Of a stretch of DNA of 64,000 nucleotides, positions 8,105-18,587 are shown in pieces. The DNA comes from an uncultured virus (IMG/VR IMGVR_UViG_3300042540_001084). Taxonomy: Duplodnaviria; Heunggongvirae; Uroviricota; Caudoviricetes. The notes under the pieces were generated by a model, which ran no database searches, was not told where the DNA came from, and saw only the letters and a list, made by a program, of their open reading frames with translations. Position numbers and translations under genes: made by a program. The stretch is taken from IMG/VR virus record IMGVR_UViG_3300042540_001084; one strand, 5' to 3'. Each line of letters begins with the position of its first letter. The stretch's first letter is position 1.

Positions 8105-9778
8105 ATGTCAATATTAATTACTATACTTGAAGTTGGAGCCGACGTTGTAATGTCTGGTGGAGGTACTGCTAACACTTCATCATTAACATCAGGTGTTACT
8201 TTAACTTTAGGGTCAACAATTTACCCATCTGAGGACAGGGTTTCTTTATTAAGCACCGGTATTACCCAAGTAAGAGCGTGGACTGGTTTGGCGTTACAAA
8301 ACTATGATATGGGTGCTGGTAGTTTTACAAATTCATTTAATAGGTCAGGTAGTGGTCTTAGTTTTGGTGTTGGTGAATGTTGTACGCCAAGAACAGCAAC
8401 CTTATATCTTGATGAATCATATGTTTCTGGAAATGAAATAGGACCAACAATTGCAACTTTTACTAATAAAAGTTTTGCAACTTTGGGAATAAATACTGGT
8501 TCATATACTTGGACTTGGGGTTCAGGACCAACCGCAGATTCAATTACTGTACAAGTTGGGCCTTTGCCAACCCCAACACCTACTGCAACACCAACACAAA
8601 CACCAACAAATACTTCTACAACAACACCAACTCCAACATCTACTGACCCATATACAGGTACGACCGCAACTCCAACATCAACCCCAACTAATACACCTAC
8701 AAATACAGCAACACAGACTAACACTCCTACAAATACTGCGACAGTAACTCCAACTAATACTGCGACAGTAACTCCAACTAATACTGCAACAGTAACTCCA
8801 ACTAACACACCTACCATAACATCAACTAATACTCCGACTGTCACATCAACTAACACACCAACTACTACCGCAACAAATACACCGACAGGAACACCAGCGG
8901 TCACACCAACTAATACACCAACAATAACTTCAACAAATACTCCTACGGTTACAAATACACCAACACCTTCAATTACACCTTCAATTACACCAAGTGAAAG
9001 TCCTGAAGCTTTAGTGAAATATTTTGTACAGGAATGTACGTCATCTAGTACGTATACATTAGCATTAAACGACTCAAGTTTAGCGACAGGAAAAATTTAT
9101 AAACTAAATGTTGTAGGTTCAGGTGAATTATGTTTAACAATTATTGGTGGTTCATCATCAAGTCTTTATAACTTGGCAACAGTTGTAACAGGTCCTTGGC
9201 AAAATTGTATCGAGTGTTTAACAAATGCCACTCCAACACCTACACCAACAAATACCAAAACTCCTACACCTACACCGTCTAACACTACAACAACAACTCC
9301 AACTCCAACTAAAACACCAACACAGACCGCAACTCAAACAGTAACACCTTCAAATACACCATCAACAACACCGGCACAAACTTCAACACCAACTCCAACA
9401 AAAACTCCAACTAACACACCTACTAAAACACCAACACCAACACCATCAATTACAGCATCTAACACACCTACACCAACTGTTACAAATAGTAACACACCCA
9501 CACCATCAACAACTGCTGACGTAACACCGTCACCAACAACAACAAACACCGCAACTCCAACACCAACTCCAACTCCATTTGGTTTTGGTTTAGATGTTAA
9601 CGACCAATATGCGTATACTGCGGATATTTTAGGAAGCTTTAGTGGTGGTACTTGGGAGTCACCGCCATTCCCCGACCAACCTCCTCACCCAGTTGATTGG
9701 AACCCACAAAATAAAAAGGGTGTTGTTATAGATTTAAGTGCTATTAGAATCGGAGGATTCGATGGAATTAACAGCTAA
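8105..9778 (+). CDS. Thr/Pro-rich mucin-like modular protein, probably virion-associated
   Basis: Beta-rich N-domain, two long TP linkers, and an internal Cys domain shared with 53884..55791. Confidence 0.8.
   Translation: MSILITILEVGADVVMSGGGTANTSSLTSGVTLTLGSTIYPSEDRVSLLSTGITQVRAWTGLALQNYDMGAGSFTNSFNRSGSGLSFGVGECCTPRTATLYLDESYVSGNEIGPTIATFTNKSFATLGINTGSYTWTWGSGPTADSITVQVGPLPTPTPTATPTQTPTNTSTTTPTPTSTDPYTGTTATPTSTPTNTPTNTATQTNTPTNTATVTPTNTATVTPTNTATVTPTNTPTITSTNTPTVTSTNTPTTTATNTPTGTPAVTPTNTPTITSTNTPTVTNTPTPSITPSITPSESPEALVKYFVQECTSSSTYTLALNDSSLATGKIYKLNVVGSGELCLTIIGGSSSSLYNLATVVTGPWQNCIECLTNATPTPTPTNTKTPTPTPSNTTTTTPTPTKTPTQTATQTVTPSNTPSTTPAQTSTPTPTKTPTNTPTKTPTPTPSITASNTPTPTVTNSNTPTPSTTADVTPSPTTTNTATPTPTPTPFGFGLDVNDQYAYTADILGSFSGGTWESPPFPDQPPHPVDWNPQNKKGVVIDLSAIRIGGFDGINS
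8732..8803 (+). repeat. 24-nt tandem repeat x3 (NTATVTPT)
   Basis: aatactgcgacagtaactccaact repeated near-perfectly. Confidence 0.8.
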
Positions 9779-9803
9779 AAATGAAAATTAAATAAATAAA
9801 ACT

Positions 9804-10994
9804 ATGTCAAAACTAAAACCTATCGGTAGTGAAAAGTTACAAGGAACTGATAAAATAAAAAGAATTATGGAGATTGCTAAATACAATACTCCTAACAGTA
9901 CCTTGACTGAATCAACACAAGATTATTCTATTAACTTAGTTGATGGAATGACTTATCACATTGTTAAAGAAAAACAAGGTTATATTATTAAAAAAGGACT
10001 AACTGAGTCTACGTCTGATTATATTGAGCCAATGAAGAATAGAAAATATTATTCTTCATATTCACAAGCTTTGAAAAGACTAAACTTAGTTATCAAAGAA
10101 GTTAACACTTTAAATGGTAATGATGAAGGTACTGAATTGTTTGGTGAACAAAAAAAGTTTGTTTTCAAAACTAAAAAGGCTGAGGTAGATGTACCGGCAG
10201 CTCCTTCAGTTCCTGCTGAACCACCTATGGTTCCTGAACCAGCTTTACCAGCAGCACCTGCTGACGATGTTCCAATGGATGATATGCCCGCAGATGATAT
10301 GGCGGGAGAAGATTTACCACCAATGGATGATGAAATGGAGGTTGACGCTGAGATGGATGTTGAAGAGCCTGCTGACGACGAGGAGGTTACATTCAAGACA
10401 ATCCAAAAATTAACTGGTAAGTTAACTCAAAAAATGAGAACTTTTGATAACGCTGAAGGTATGACTTCTGAAGACATCAAATACGTTATCAATATGGTTT
10501 TATCTGCAGTTGATTTAACAGAACTAAGTGAAGAAGACTTGGAAGACATTATGTCCAAACTTGAGGGTGCCGAAGAAGAAGGTGCTGATATGGGTATGGA
10601 AGATGAAATTGATGTTGAAGAACCTGCAATGGGGGATGATATGGAAGGTGAGGTAGAAATTGAAGAACCTACAGAATCATATTCATTTGAAAATGCGATG
10701 TCTGAATCTAAAATTGACAAAGTTTTAAGTAAGTATTTTGAAGTTTCTGACTCTGAAGTTAAACAATCTAAATTGATGTATGAGTCAAGAAAGAATGAGG
10801 TTAAGACTAACGCCAAAAAAAGTGTTACTCAAATCGAAAGATTGTCTGAAACTATCGAACAAGAACTTTCAGCTAAGAAATTTTTAGAAGAAAATAATTT
10901 TTATAATTTTATAGGAAAAACAAACAAGAATAACTTGGTGTTTGAATATAAAAATAAACAAGTTAGAATATCTGAAGAAGGTCTATTGTTATGA
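9804..10994 (+). CDS. Hypothetical acidic protein, head-module associated
   Basis: Long ORF with D/E/P low-complexity linkers and LxES/LxEQ motifs. Confidence 0.75.
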   Translation: MSKLKPIGSEKLQGTDKIKRIMEIAKYNTPNSTLTESTQDYSINLVDGMTYHIVKEKQGYIIKKGLTESTSDYIEPMKNRKYYSSYSQALKRLNLVIKEVNTLNGNDEGTELFGEQKKFVFKTKKAEVDVPAAPSVPAEPPMVPEPALPAAPADDVPMDDMPADDMAGEDLPPMDDEMEVDAEMDVEEPADDEEVTFKTIQKLTGKLTQKMRTFDNAEGMTSEDIKYVINMVLSAVDLTELSEEDLEDIMSKLEGAEEEGADMGMEDEIDVEEPAMGDDMEGEVEIEEPTESYSFENAMSESKIDKVLSKYFEVSDSEVKQSKLMYESRKNEVKTNAKKSVTQIERLSETIEQELSAKKFLEENNFYNFIGKTNKNNLVFEYKNKQVRISEEGLLL

Positions 10995-11383
10995 GTTATC
11001 TAATTTATGTGAATGGACTTGGTCCTGACTATAAAGGTGATAATTTATACGAGTTTATTTTTTCTGATACTTTAAACGTTGAGGGAGATTCTTGGGATAG
11101 TTCACCAGCAAATGGTTATCCCTCTCCACCAAACTTAGAGTTTATCAAAAAAGTAGGTGTTCTTAAAGGTACTGATACAAAATTTGAACTAATCCAAAAC
11201 TCAGATTATTTCTCAATGCACGATTCAGTTGACGGAGTAATTGCATTGGCTTGGGAAGTAGATTATTTGGGTGATACAAGATTAGTTTTTTCTTTTGGTG
11301 AAGAAGAGACTTCAGTAAAAGATAAACTTTATGAAAAAGATTTAATTCTTGCATTTGAAAAAGAATTTGTTTATGAAAACTAA
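10991..11383 (+). CDS. Hypothetical protein
   Basis: ATGA overlap with the upstream gene. Confidence 0.75.
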   Translation: MSYLIYVNGLGPDYKGDNLYEFIFSDTLNVEGDSWDSSPANGYPSPPNLEFIKKVGVLKGTDTKFELIQNSDYFSMHDSVDGVIALAWEVDYLGDTRLVFSFGEEETSVKDKLYEKDLILAFEKEFVYEN

Positions 11384-12170
11384 TAAAAAAGCTCTCAAGT
11401 TAATTGAAATGGGACTTAGTCCTAAAACAGTTCTTAATTTACAAGAATCTGAAATTACTACATTATTTAAAAAATTCGGGTTATCTGAACAGGGACTTGT
11501 TGTTGTTAAAAAGGGTACTGACCCTACAGAAATCAAAAAGATGACCTCGCAAGGAATCAATGTTAAAGTTGAAACTGAAATGACTGAAGACGAAGAGGAC
11601 CCTATGGATTTTGAAAAAGGTGCAAGGACTCAAGACCCACATCAAGTAGGGCCATCTACCGATGACGGATATAATGATTATGGCGACGGAATGCCAACCG
11701 AAAGTCAAATGACTGAAGGAAATAAAAAAACAAAAGATAACGCTTGGGCTATTTGTACATCACAATTAGGGAAACAATTTAAAACAACTGAAAGAAGTGA
11801 GTGGAGTGCAAAACAAAAGAACAAGTATGAAAGGTGTGTTAAAGATGTAAAACAATCTTTGAAAGAAGGAAAAGACCCTTACATTTCTTTAATTGAAAAA
11901 GAAATTGTATCTTTGGTGGAGAGAAATCTACAACCAAAAATGACAAAAGGAGATTTTATGAAAATGTTATCTGAACAACCAACAACCGCACCTACAAAAC
12001 CGGATGTTAAACCTGGTGTTAAACCTGGTACAAAACCAAGAACAAGACCTGCTCACCCAGGAAAAAACCCTAATCCGGGTGAAAATCCTGCACCTAAAGC
12101 ATCTGACAAAGAGAAAGCTAAAGAGGATGTTATCCAAGTAATTATGAAACTTTTGAAAAATGGCAAATAA
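11373..12170 (+). CDS. Hypothetical protein (NAWAICT...KYERCV motif, Pro/Lys-rich linker)
   Basis: ORF; ATG at 11373 preferred over the track's TTG at 11349. Confidence 0.75.
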   Translation: MKTNKKALKLIEMGLSPKTVLNLQESEITTLFKKFGLSEQGLVVVKKGTDPTEIKKMTSQGINVKVETEMTEDEEDPMDFEKGARTQDPHQVGPSTDDGYNDYGDGMPTESQMTEGNKKTKDNAWAICTSQLGKQFKTTERSEWSAKQKNKYERCVKDVKQSLKEGKDPYISLIEKEIVSLVERNLQPKMTKGDFMKMLSEQPTTAPTKPDVKPGVKPGTKPRTRPAHPGKNPNPGENPAPKASDKEKAKEDVIQVIMKLLKNGK

Positions 12171-13464
12171 GAGAATTAAAGAACAGATTGATTATGGGAA
12201 TTACCCTGAAAGAATGGACCCAAGTCTTGAAAGAAAACTTGGTGACCCTGAAAGTCCATATGCAAAAAATCCTGCATTAAGACGTTCTGAAAAAGACGTT
12301 CAAAAACTCGTTACTAACCGTTTTAAACAAGTTGTTGATAAATTACGTACAGTTACAGGTAAAGATACTTTGGTAACTCCACGTAACTTATTTCAAATGT
12401 TACAAGCAGAGTCATTTAGAATGGTTCCTCAAGTTTGGAGAATAGAACAACAACATATTGATGAGTTAAAAAACTTAGCCCTACAAGCGTGTCTTGAGGA
12501 GTCTGAAATGCCAATGGATTGGTTTAACTTCGATTTACACTTAGGTGAACAAATCAATGTGAATAACTTCCGTATGGAGGCCGAAGAAATTGATGATGAG
12601 GTTGAAGAAGAAATTGAGCAAAAATTAGAAATGTCTTCTTTCGATGCAGATGTAATGACTGATGAAGAATTACTTGAACTTGAAACTCACAAAAGAAACA
12701 TCATCAATGCTGTTATTCAAGGGGCGGCTAAAAAAGGTCACTATATTTTCCAAAAACCATCTGTAAGAAGAGCACTTAACGCTATCAACCCACAACTATA
12801 CGATGCATATTTGTTAATTATGTCTGTAAATGACTTTAACTACTTTACAGATGAAAGAGCTATCGAAATGATGAGTCAAACAGGACAAGGTGTTGGTGGA
12901 AAAGTTGAATTACAAGATAATAGTGATGATGATGGTGGTGGAGATGAAGGTGGTGAAGAAAAACCTGATACTACAATCTCGGCTTGGGGTATGTTATTCC
13001 CAATCCTTTGTCACGAAATTTTAAAAGGTCTTGAAGAAGCTAAAGGTCGTTATGGATTACCACAAGACCCTGTTATGAGAGAAAAAGTTTTGGGTCAAAC
13101 TGATACACTTCCTATGGAGGCGTGGTCATTAAGAATTGGTCCTCAAGTTATTGAAAAGATAAGATTTTCACTCCCTGATGAAGTATTTGAGGAGGAGAAT
13201 AAAGGTATCATAAACTGGTTCCAAATGGAACTTTACAAACTTCCTGCTGACGAATTCCTTAGACTTATTGGAGATGTAATTTCAGAGGATAAAGACAGAA
13301 ATAAGAAAGCCACTGATAAATTCCGTGATTTGATGAACACTGCCTTCAAAGTAAAAGAAGAATACGAAAGTTACGATGAAAATGAAGATGGTGGTTCAGA
13401 TGACAATGACGATGATGATTTTGATGATTTCTTAGCAGGACTTGGCTTAAGCCGTCCTAAATAA
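12160..13464 (+). CDS. Hypothetical protein upstream of terminase
   Basis: 434-aa ORF; TAATG coupling to terminase. Confidence 0.8.
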   Translation: MANKRIKEQIDYGNYPERMDPSLERKLGDPESPYAKNPALRRSEKDVQKLVTNRFKQVVDKLRTVTGKDTLVTPRNLFQMLQAESFRMVPQVWRIEQQHIDELKNLALQACLEESEMPMDWFNFDLHLGEQINVNNFRMEAEEIDDEVEEEIEQKLEMSSFDADVMTDEELLELETHKRNIINAVIQGAAKKGHYIFQKPSVRRALNAINPQLYDAYLLIMSVNDFNYFTDERAIEMMSQTGQGVGGKVELQDNSDDDGGGDEGGEEKPDTTISAWGMLFPILCHEILKGLEEAKGRYGLPQDPVMREKVLGQTDTLPMEAWSLRIGPQVIEKIRFSLPDEVFEEENKGIINWFQMELYKLPADEFLRLIGDVISEDKDRNKKATDKFRDLMNTAFKVKEEYESYDENEDGGSDDNDDDDFDDFLAGLGLSRPK

Positions 13465-15230
13465 TGAGTTTAACAAAAGAACAAGTTTTAATAGAGTATA
13501 AGAAGTGTATGAAAAGCACTCCTTATGCTCTTAAAACATATCTACAAACATACGATAACACAGTATCAAAGTATGTTCCCTTAGAATTATTTAAAGACCA
13601 AGTAACACTTGTTAACGATTACGAAATGTATAATGAAAACATTGCATTGAAGTATCGTCAGGCGGGTGTATCTACGGTTACTGCAGGTTGGGCAAGTAAA
13701 CGATTAGCGTTTGCTCGAAAAGAAAAACCTGAAAAGATTCTTATTATTGCCAATAAATTAGAAACATCTGTAGAATTTGCTAATAAAATTAGAGCTTTTA
13801 CGGAACAATGGCCGAACTGGGTTGGTATTGGGTTCTCAGGTGAAAAAAACTCTGCCAGACACTTTAAATTAACTAATGGATGTGAAGTTAAGGCGGTTGC
13901 CACATCTAAAGATGCCTTACGTGGTTATACCCCCACGATATTAATATTTGACGAGGCGGCGTTTATTGAAGCTGACAGTGATTTCTGGGCGGCTTGTATG
14001 GCCTCACTATCTACGGGTGGTAAAGTTGTTGTAATATCAACACCTAACGGATACGACCCGATTTACTACGAAATTTACGACCAAGCACAAAGAGGTATGA
14101 ACGACTTCAAAATCACGCCAATGTATTGGTTCCGTGACCCTCGTTATACCAAAGATTTGTATATGGTTAAATGTGAGGATATTGTTCATTATTTGTTAAA
14201 TAAGGAAGAATACCCCAAAGACGTTGTAAGACAATTACCCGATGAAAATCCATACGACAGAGATATTGAACTAATTCAAACATATATGGAACAAGGATAT
14301 AAACCTTGTTCAAGTTGGTTTGAGAGTATGGTTAAAAAACTCAAGTACGACAAACGAAAAGTTGCTCAGGAATTGGAATGTAATTTCTTGGGTTCAGGTG
14401 ATAACGTATTTGATTCTTTATTAACCCAAAAAATTTCTGAGAATGATGTAAAAGAACCAACAGCCAAATTAATGGGTAACCAACTTTGGATATGGAAAGA
14501 ACCTGAAAATAATCACAAATATGTGATGGGTGTTGATGTATCAAGGGGAGATTCAGAAGACTTCTCGTGTATTGAAATCATTGATTTTGACTCAAGAGAA
14601 CAGGTTTTAGAATTTGTTGGTAAAATACCACCCGATGTATTAGCAGAGATTGCGTACAAGTGGGGAACAATGTATAATGCTTTATGTATTGTTGACTTAA
14701 CGGGGGGTATGGGTGTTGCGACATCAAGAAGATTACAAGAATTAGGGTATAAAAATTTCTATTATGATGGTGTTGACTTAACCAACAAATGGAAATATGA
14801 CCCTAAACAAAATGAAAAAATACCTGGTATTAATTTTAATTCAAAAAGAGTTCAAATCATTGCATCATTTGAGGAGGCAATTAGACACGACTTTAAAGTC
14901 AGGTCAAGTAGATTATTAGGTGAAATGGGAACATTTGTATACATAAATGGTAGACCTGACCACCAAAGAGGACATCACGATGATTGTATTATGTCAATTT
15001 CAATGGCGTTGTATGCTGCTGAAGCGGCGTTCCCTTCATTGACTAAGGTGGTTAATCACACTAAAGCAATGATTGATTCTTGGTCCACAACTGTAAATGA
15101 ACATAAAGATAGTTCACAATATTTTAATCCGTCAATACCACAATTTCCGAATCAACAACAACATAGTAGGAATTATGAACCCTCTAAAAATGATTATGAG
15201 AAATATAAATGGCTGTTTGGTTCTCGATAG
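13464..15230 (+). CDS. Terminase large subunit (T4 gp17-like)
   Basis: KYRQAGVST Walker A variant, LIFDEAAF Walker B, STPNG motif III, QELECNF, RNase H GVDVSRG and HHDD. Confidence 0.93.
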   Translation: MSLTKEQVLIEYKKCMKSTPYALKTYLQTYDNTVSKYVPLELFKDQVTLVNDYEMYNENIALKYRQAGVSTVTAGWASKRLAFARKEKPEKILIIANKLETSVEFANKIRAFTEQWPNWVGIGFSGEKNSARHFKLTNGCEVKAVATSKDALRGYTPTILIFDEAAFIEADSDFWAACMASLSTGGKVVVISTPNGYDPIYYEIYDQAQRGMNDFKITPMYWFRDPRYTKDLYMVKCEDIVHYLLNKEEYPKDVVRQLPDENPYDRDIELIQTYMEQGYKPCSSWFESMVKKLKYDKRKVAQELECNFLGSGDNVFDSLLTQKISENDVKEPTAKLMGNQLWIWKEPENNHKYVMGVDVSRGDSEDFSCIEIIDFDSREQVLEFVGKIPPDVLAEIAYKWGTMYNALCIVDLTGGMGVATSRRLQELGYKNFYYDGVDLTNKWKYDPKQNEKIPGINFNSKRVQIIASFEEAIRHDFKVRSSRLLGEMGTFVYINGRPDHQRGHHDDCIMSISMALYAAEAAFPSLTKVVNHTKAMIDSWSTTVNEHKDSSQYFNPSIPQFPNQQQHSRNYEPSKNDYEKYKWLFGSR

Positions 15231-15268
15231 TATTTATATTCAGACTAGTTTGAATAATTTTATAGAGT

Positions 15269-17131
15269 ATGGCAGAAAATAAGCAATTTACAGTTTGGCA
15301 AAGATTAGGTAGAGCCTTAGGTCCTGACGCGTTAATGAATCAGGATTTTCCTGTATTTAAGTTTGATAAAAAAGAACTTTTAAGAACTACCGATAAAGCC
15401 GAATATGAAAAGGAAAAACTCCAAGCAAGACAAACCGCTTACTTGGCAGGACAATTTGCTAAGGTAGAGAATAATTTATACACTCAAGCAGTATACTACC
15501 AACCAAATAGATTATCATCTTATTATGACTATGAGTCTATGGAGTATACTCCAGAAATTTCTGCAGCCTTAGACATTTACGCTGAAGAATCTACAACACC
15601 TAATGAAGATGGTTTTGTATTACAGATTTATTCAGAATCAAAAAGGATTAAATCTGTATTAGCGGATTTATTCAATAATAACTTAGATATTAACACTAAC
15701 TTACCTATGTGGACTAGAAACACTTGTAAGTATGGTGACAATTTTGTTTATCTAAGATTGGACCCTGAAAAGGGTGTTGTTGGTTGTGTTCAGTTACCAA
15801 ACATTGAAGTTGAAAGGGTTGAAAGTGGACTTATGGATGGTTCAGTATCTCCAAACATAGGTAACGATTACACTAAAAATAAAGGATTGAAATTCTATTG
15901 GAAAGAAAAGAATATGGAATTCCAACCTTGGGAAATTGCTCACTTTAGATTATTGGGTGATGACCGTAAATTGCCGTATGGTACATCTATGTTGGAAAAG
16001 TCCCGTAGAATTTGGAAACAACTTCTATTATCGGAGGACGCGATGTTGATATACCGTACTTCAAGAGCCCCTGAACGTAGGGTCTTCAAAGTATATGTCG
16101 GAAATATGAACGACGATGATGTTGAGGCTTACGTACAACGTGTTGCCAACAAGTTTAAAAGAGAACAAATTGTTGATTCTAAAACAGGTAACGTAGATAT
16201 GAGATTTAACCAAATGGCGGTTGACCAAGATTATTTTATTCCTGTAAGAGACCCTGCAGCGCCAAGTCCAATTGACACATTACCTGGTGCACAGAACTTA
16301 TCTGAAATTGCAGATATTGAATATATTCAAAAGAAACTTGTTACAGCACTTCGTATACCAAAAGCATTTTTAGGATTTGAAGAAACCGTAGGTGATGGTA
16401 AAAGCTTGGCACTGATGGATATCAGATTTGCAAGAACCATTAATAGAATTCAAAAATCTATGGTTCAAGAAATGAATAAAATTGCAATTATTCACTTGTT
16501 CCTTTTAGGTTTTGAAGAAGAGATATCTAATTTTGAATTGGGATTAACAAACCCATCAACACAAGCAGACCTTCTTAAGATTGACATTTGGAAAGAAAAA
16601 ATGTTATTGTATAAAGATATGGTTACTGACCCAGGAAATGGTATTCAACCAACCTCATCAACTTGGGCCAAAAAACATATATTCCAATGGTCTGATGAAG
16701 AAATTAGAGTTGACCTACTACAACAAAGACTTGAAAAGGCTGTGGGTGAAGAGCTTAAAAATACACCAACAGTTATTTCTAAAACAGGTATCTTTGATAC
16801 AATTGATAAACTTTATGGTAACAAACAAGGTAATCTACCAGCAACAGGTCAAGAACCCGCAGGCGAGACTACAACGCCACCTCCAGGTGAAGATATATTC
16901 GCAGGTGGAGGCGGTGGTTTTGAGACCGCGCCAGAAGCGGGTGGAGAGGTTCCTCCACCACCGGCACCTGAAGCTGGCGCGCCAGAGTTAGCGCCAGAAT
17001 CCAAAATGGATAGAGATATGAATATCCTTTTAGAGAGTGATATGTATGGTAACAAATTTTTAGATTTAGGTGTTGGACAACAAAGTTTAGGAAAAATGGG
17101 TGAAGAACTTGATAAGTTGCTGAATTCGTAA
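15269..17131 (+). CDS. Portal protein (T4 gp20-like)
   Basis: QLLLSEDAMLIYRTSRAPERRVF, DYFIP..IDTLPGAQNL, DIEY.QKKL..AL.IPK. Confidence 0.93.
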   Translation: MAENKQFTVWQRLGRALGPDALMNQDFPVFKFDKKELLRTTDKAEYEKEKLQARQTAYLAGQFAKVENNLYTQAVYYQPNRLSSYYDYESMEYTPEISAALDIYAEESTTPNEDGFVLQIYSESKRIKSVLADLFNNNLDINTNLPMWTRNTCKYGDNFVYLRLDPEKGVVGCVQLPNIEVERVESGLMDGSVSPNIGNDYTKNKGLKFYWKEKNMEFQPWEIAHFRLLGDDRKLPYGTSMLEKSRRIWKQLLLSEDAMLIYRTSRAPERRVFKVYVGNMNDDDVEAYVQRVANKFKREQIVDSKTGNVDMRFNQMAVDQDYFIPVRDPAAPSPIDTLPGAQNLSEIADIEYIQKKLVTALRIPKAFLGFEETVGDGKSLALMDIRFARTINRIQKSMVQEMNKIAIIHLFLLGFEEEISNFELGLTNPSTQADLLKIDIWKEKMLLYKDMVTDPGNGIQPTSSTWAKKHIFQWSDEEIRVDLLQQRLEKAVGEELKNTPTVISKTGIFDTIDKLYGNKQGNLPATGQEPAGETTTPPPGEDIFAGGGGGFETAPEAGGEVPPPPAPEAGAPELAPESKMDRDMNILLESDMYGNKFLDLGVGQQSLGKMGEELDKLLNS

Positions 17132-17154
17132 TATTTATATGAAAACCCCTAAAA

Positions 17155-17862
17155 ATGACATTTGGACAAATAAAATCGGCAATTGAAAAGAGTCTTGTAG
17201 AATCCTACAAGAACCAATCAGACTTTAAAAAAACTTTAAGAGAATTCAAACACAATATTCTTGAAAATAAATCATTTTCAAAATTATATTCTATCTACGA
17301 TGACCTTTATAAACCACAAGGATTATCTAAAGAAGATGCTGAGTTATTCTTAAATGAAGGTATTGAGATTGTTAGACATTTGGTTACCAAAACTCAGTTA
17401 CCAAATGGGGTTGGGGTATCTGAAAACGTATATTCAGATTTGGATAATTTAGTTTATTTCAAAAACGTAAATCTATCTGAAAGAGTATTGTCCAAAAAAC
17501 GTATCATAGAAACTTTAATGAAGAACAAAACTAACGTGAGTGAAACTGTAAAAATTCCATTAAAGTCTATGGTCAATATTGCCAATCAAACAGTTCAATC
17601 ATATTTGGAAACATTAGACGAATCTACAAAAGTAGAAGTCTTTCATTTAATGGCAACATCTAAAGATGATTTAGAAAAAGAATTCCAAACAATTAAAGAA
17701 TCTACAATAGAGAGACTAGTTGTCATTTCAGAAAAAGAATCTGAAAAAGATATGAAGACTAAGTTAAATGAAACTATTGAAAAGATTAAATCTGAAAATT
17801 TTGATTTAATGAATTATATCAGATTAAAACAATTAAAGGATTCTATTCACCAAGAGTCCTAA
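17155..17862 (+). CDS. Hypothetical helical head-module protein
   Basis: ORF between portal and protease; TATTTAT upstream. Confidence 0.75.
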   Translation: MTFGQIKSAIEKSLVESYKNQSDFKKTLREFKHNILENKSFSKLYSIYDDLYKPQGLSKEDAELFLNEGIEIVRHLVTKTQLPNGVGVSENVYSDLDNLVYFKNVNLSERVLSKKRIIETLMKNKTNVSETVKIPLKSMVNIANQTVQSYLETLDESTKVEVFHLMATSKDDLEKEFQTIKESTIERLVVISEKESEKDMKTKLNETIEKIKSENFDLMNYIRLKQLKDSIHQES

Positions 17863-18028
17863 GATATTGTTTGTGTTTTGCAGATTCTTTCTGACTTCTC
17901 TTAACTACAGATTTCTTTTTAAATTCTTTCAATTCAACTAATCTTTGCATTTGTTTTGTTCTAATAACTTTGGATTTCAAAGTCTTTAGTGCCTTTTCAA
18001 TATTTGAGTCTACTTTTACTATTAACAT
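17843..18028 (-). CDS. rpsU: Ribosomal protein bS21 homolog
   Basis: MLIVKV..NIEKALK.LK.KV..T......L....F.K.SVVKR; 61 aa, basic; resembles Flavobacteria bS21; position in the head module matches known bS21 phages. Confidence 0.85.
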   Translation of the reverse strand: MLIVKVDSNIEKALKTLKSKVIRTKQMQRLVELKEFKKKSVVKRSQKESAKHKQYLRTLGE

Positions 18029-18109
18029 ACAATATTAAATATATTTGTTTTGTTGATAATTTTTTAGTATATTTTAAAAAAATAAACGAGACAATAATAG
18101 TTGACCTTA

Positions 18110-18562
18110 ATGAAGAAGGGCAAAACAATTACTCTAAATCAATACGACAGTATTAAAAGCTTTTACGGGACAGTTGACGCTAAAGAACTAAAATCAATTT
18201 ATTTGAATATTCAAACTTGGGTAACCCCAATAAATGAAGATGATAATTGGAATAGGATAGTGTCCATTATGTCAAGAGAGGTAAAACATTCAGTTTTACA
18301 TTCAATAAACACAGAATTATTCAAACAACATTTTATTGTAGATTTAGACTTACGAACAAGTGGTATTAGATACAATAAAAAATCATTTATGAATCTTGAA
18401 ATAAATCTTTTCACCAAACAAGACGGTGATTTCAAATGTAATGAAATTAAAGATTCAGTCAAAAAAATCCTTAAAAGAGTCTATAAGGATAACATTTTAA
18501 ACAACAATCATTTTAACTTTTCCTCCACCAAAAACTCAGATTTACTCCAAACAATCTATTAA
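18110..18562 (+). CDS. Hypothetical protein
   Basis: ORF; ATG at 18110 preferred over TTG at 18101. Confidence 0.75.
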   Translation: MKKGKTITLNQYDSIKSFYGTVDAKELKSIYLNIQTWVTPINEDDNWNRIVSIMSREVKHSVLHSINTELFKQHFIVDLDLRTSGIRYNKKSFMNLEINLFTKQDGDFKCNEIKDSVKKILKRVYKDNILNNNHFNFSSTKNSDLLQTIY

Positions 18563-18587
18563 TGTATATTTATTTGAAAAAGAATAG

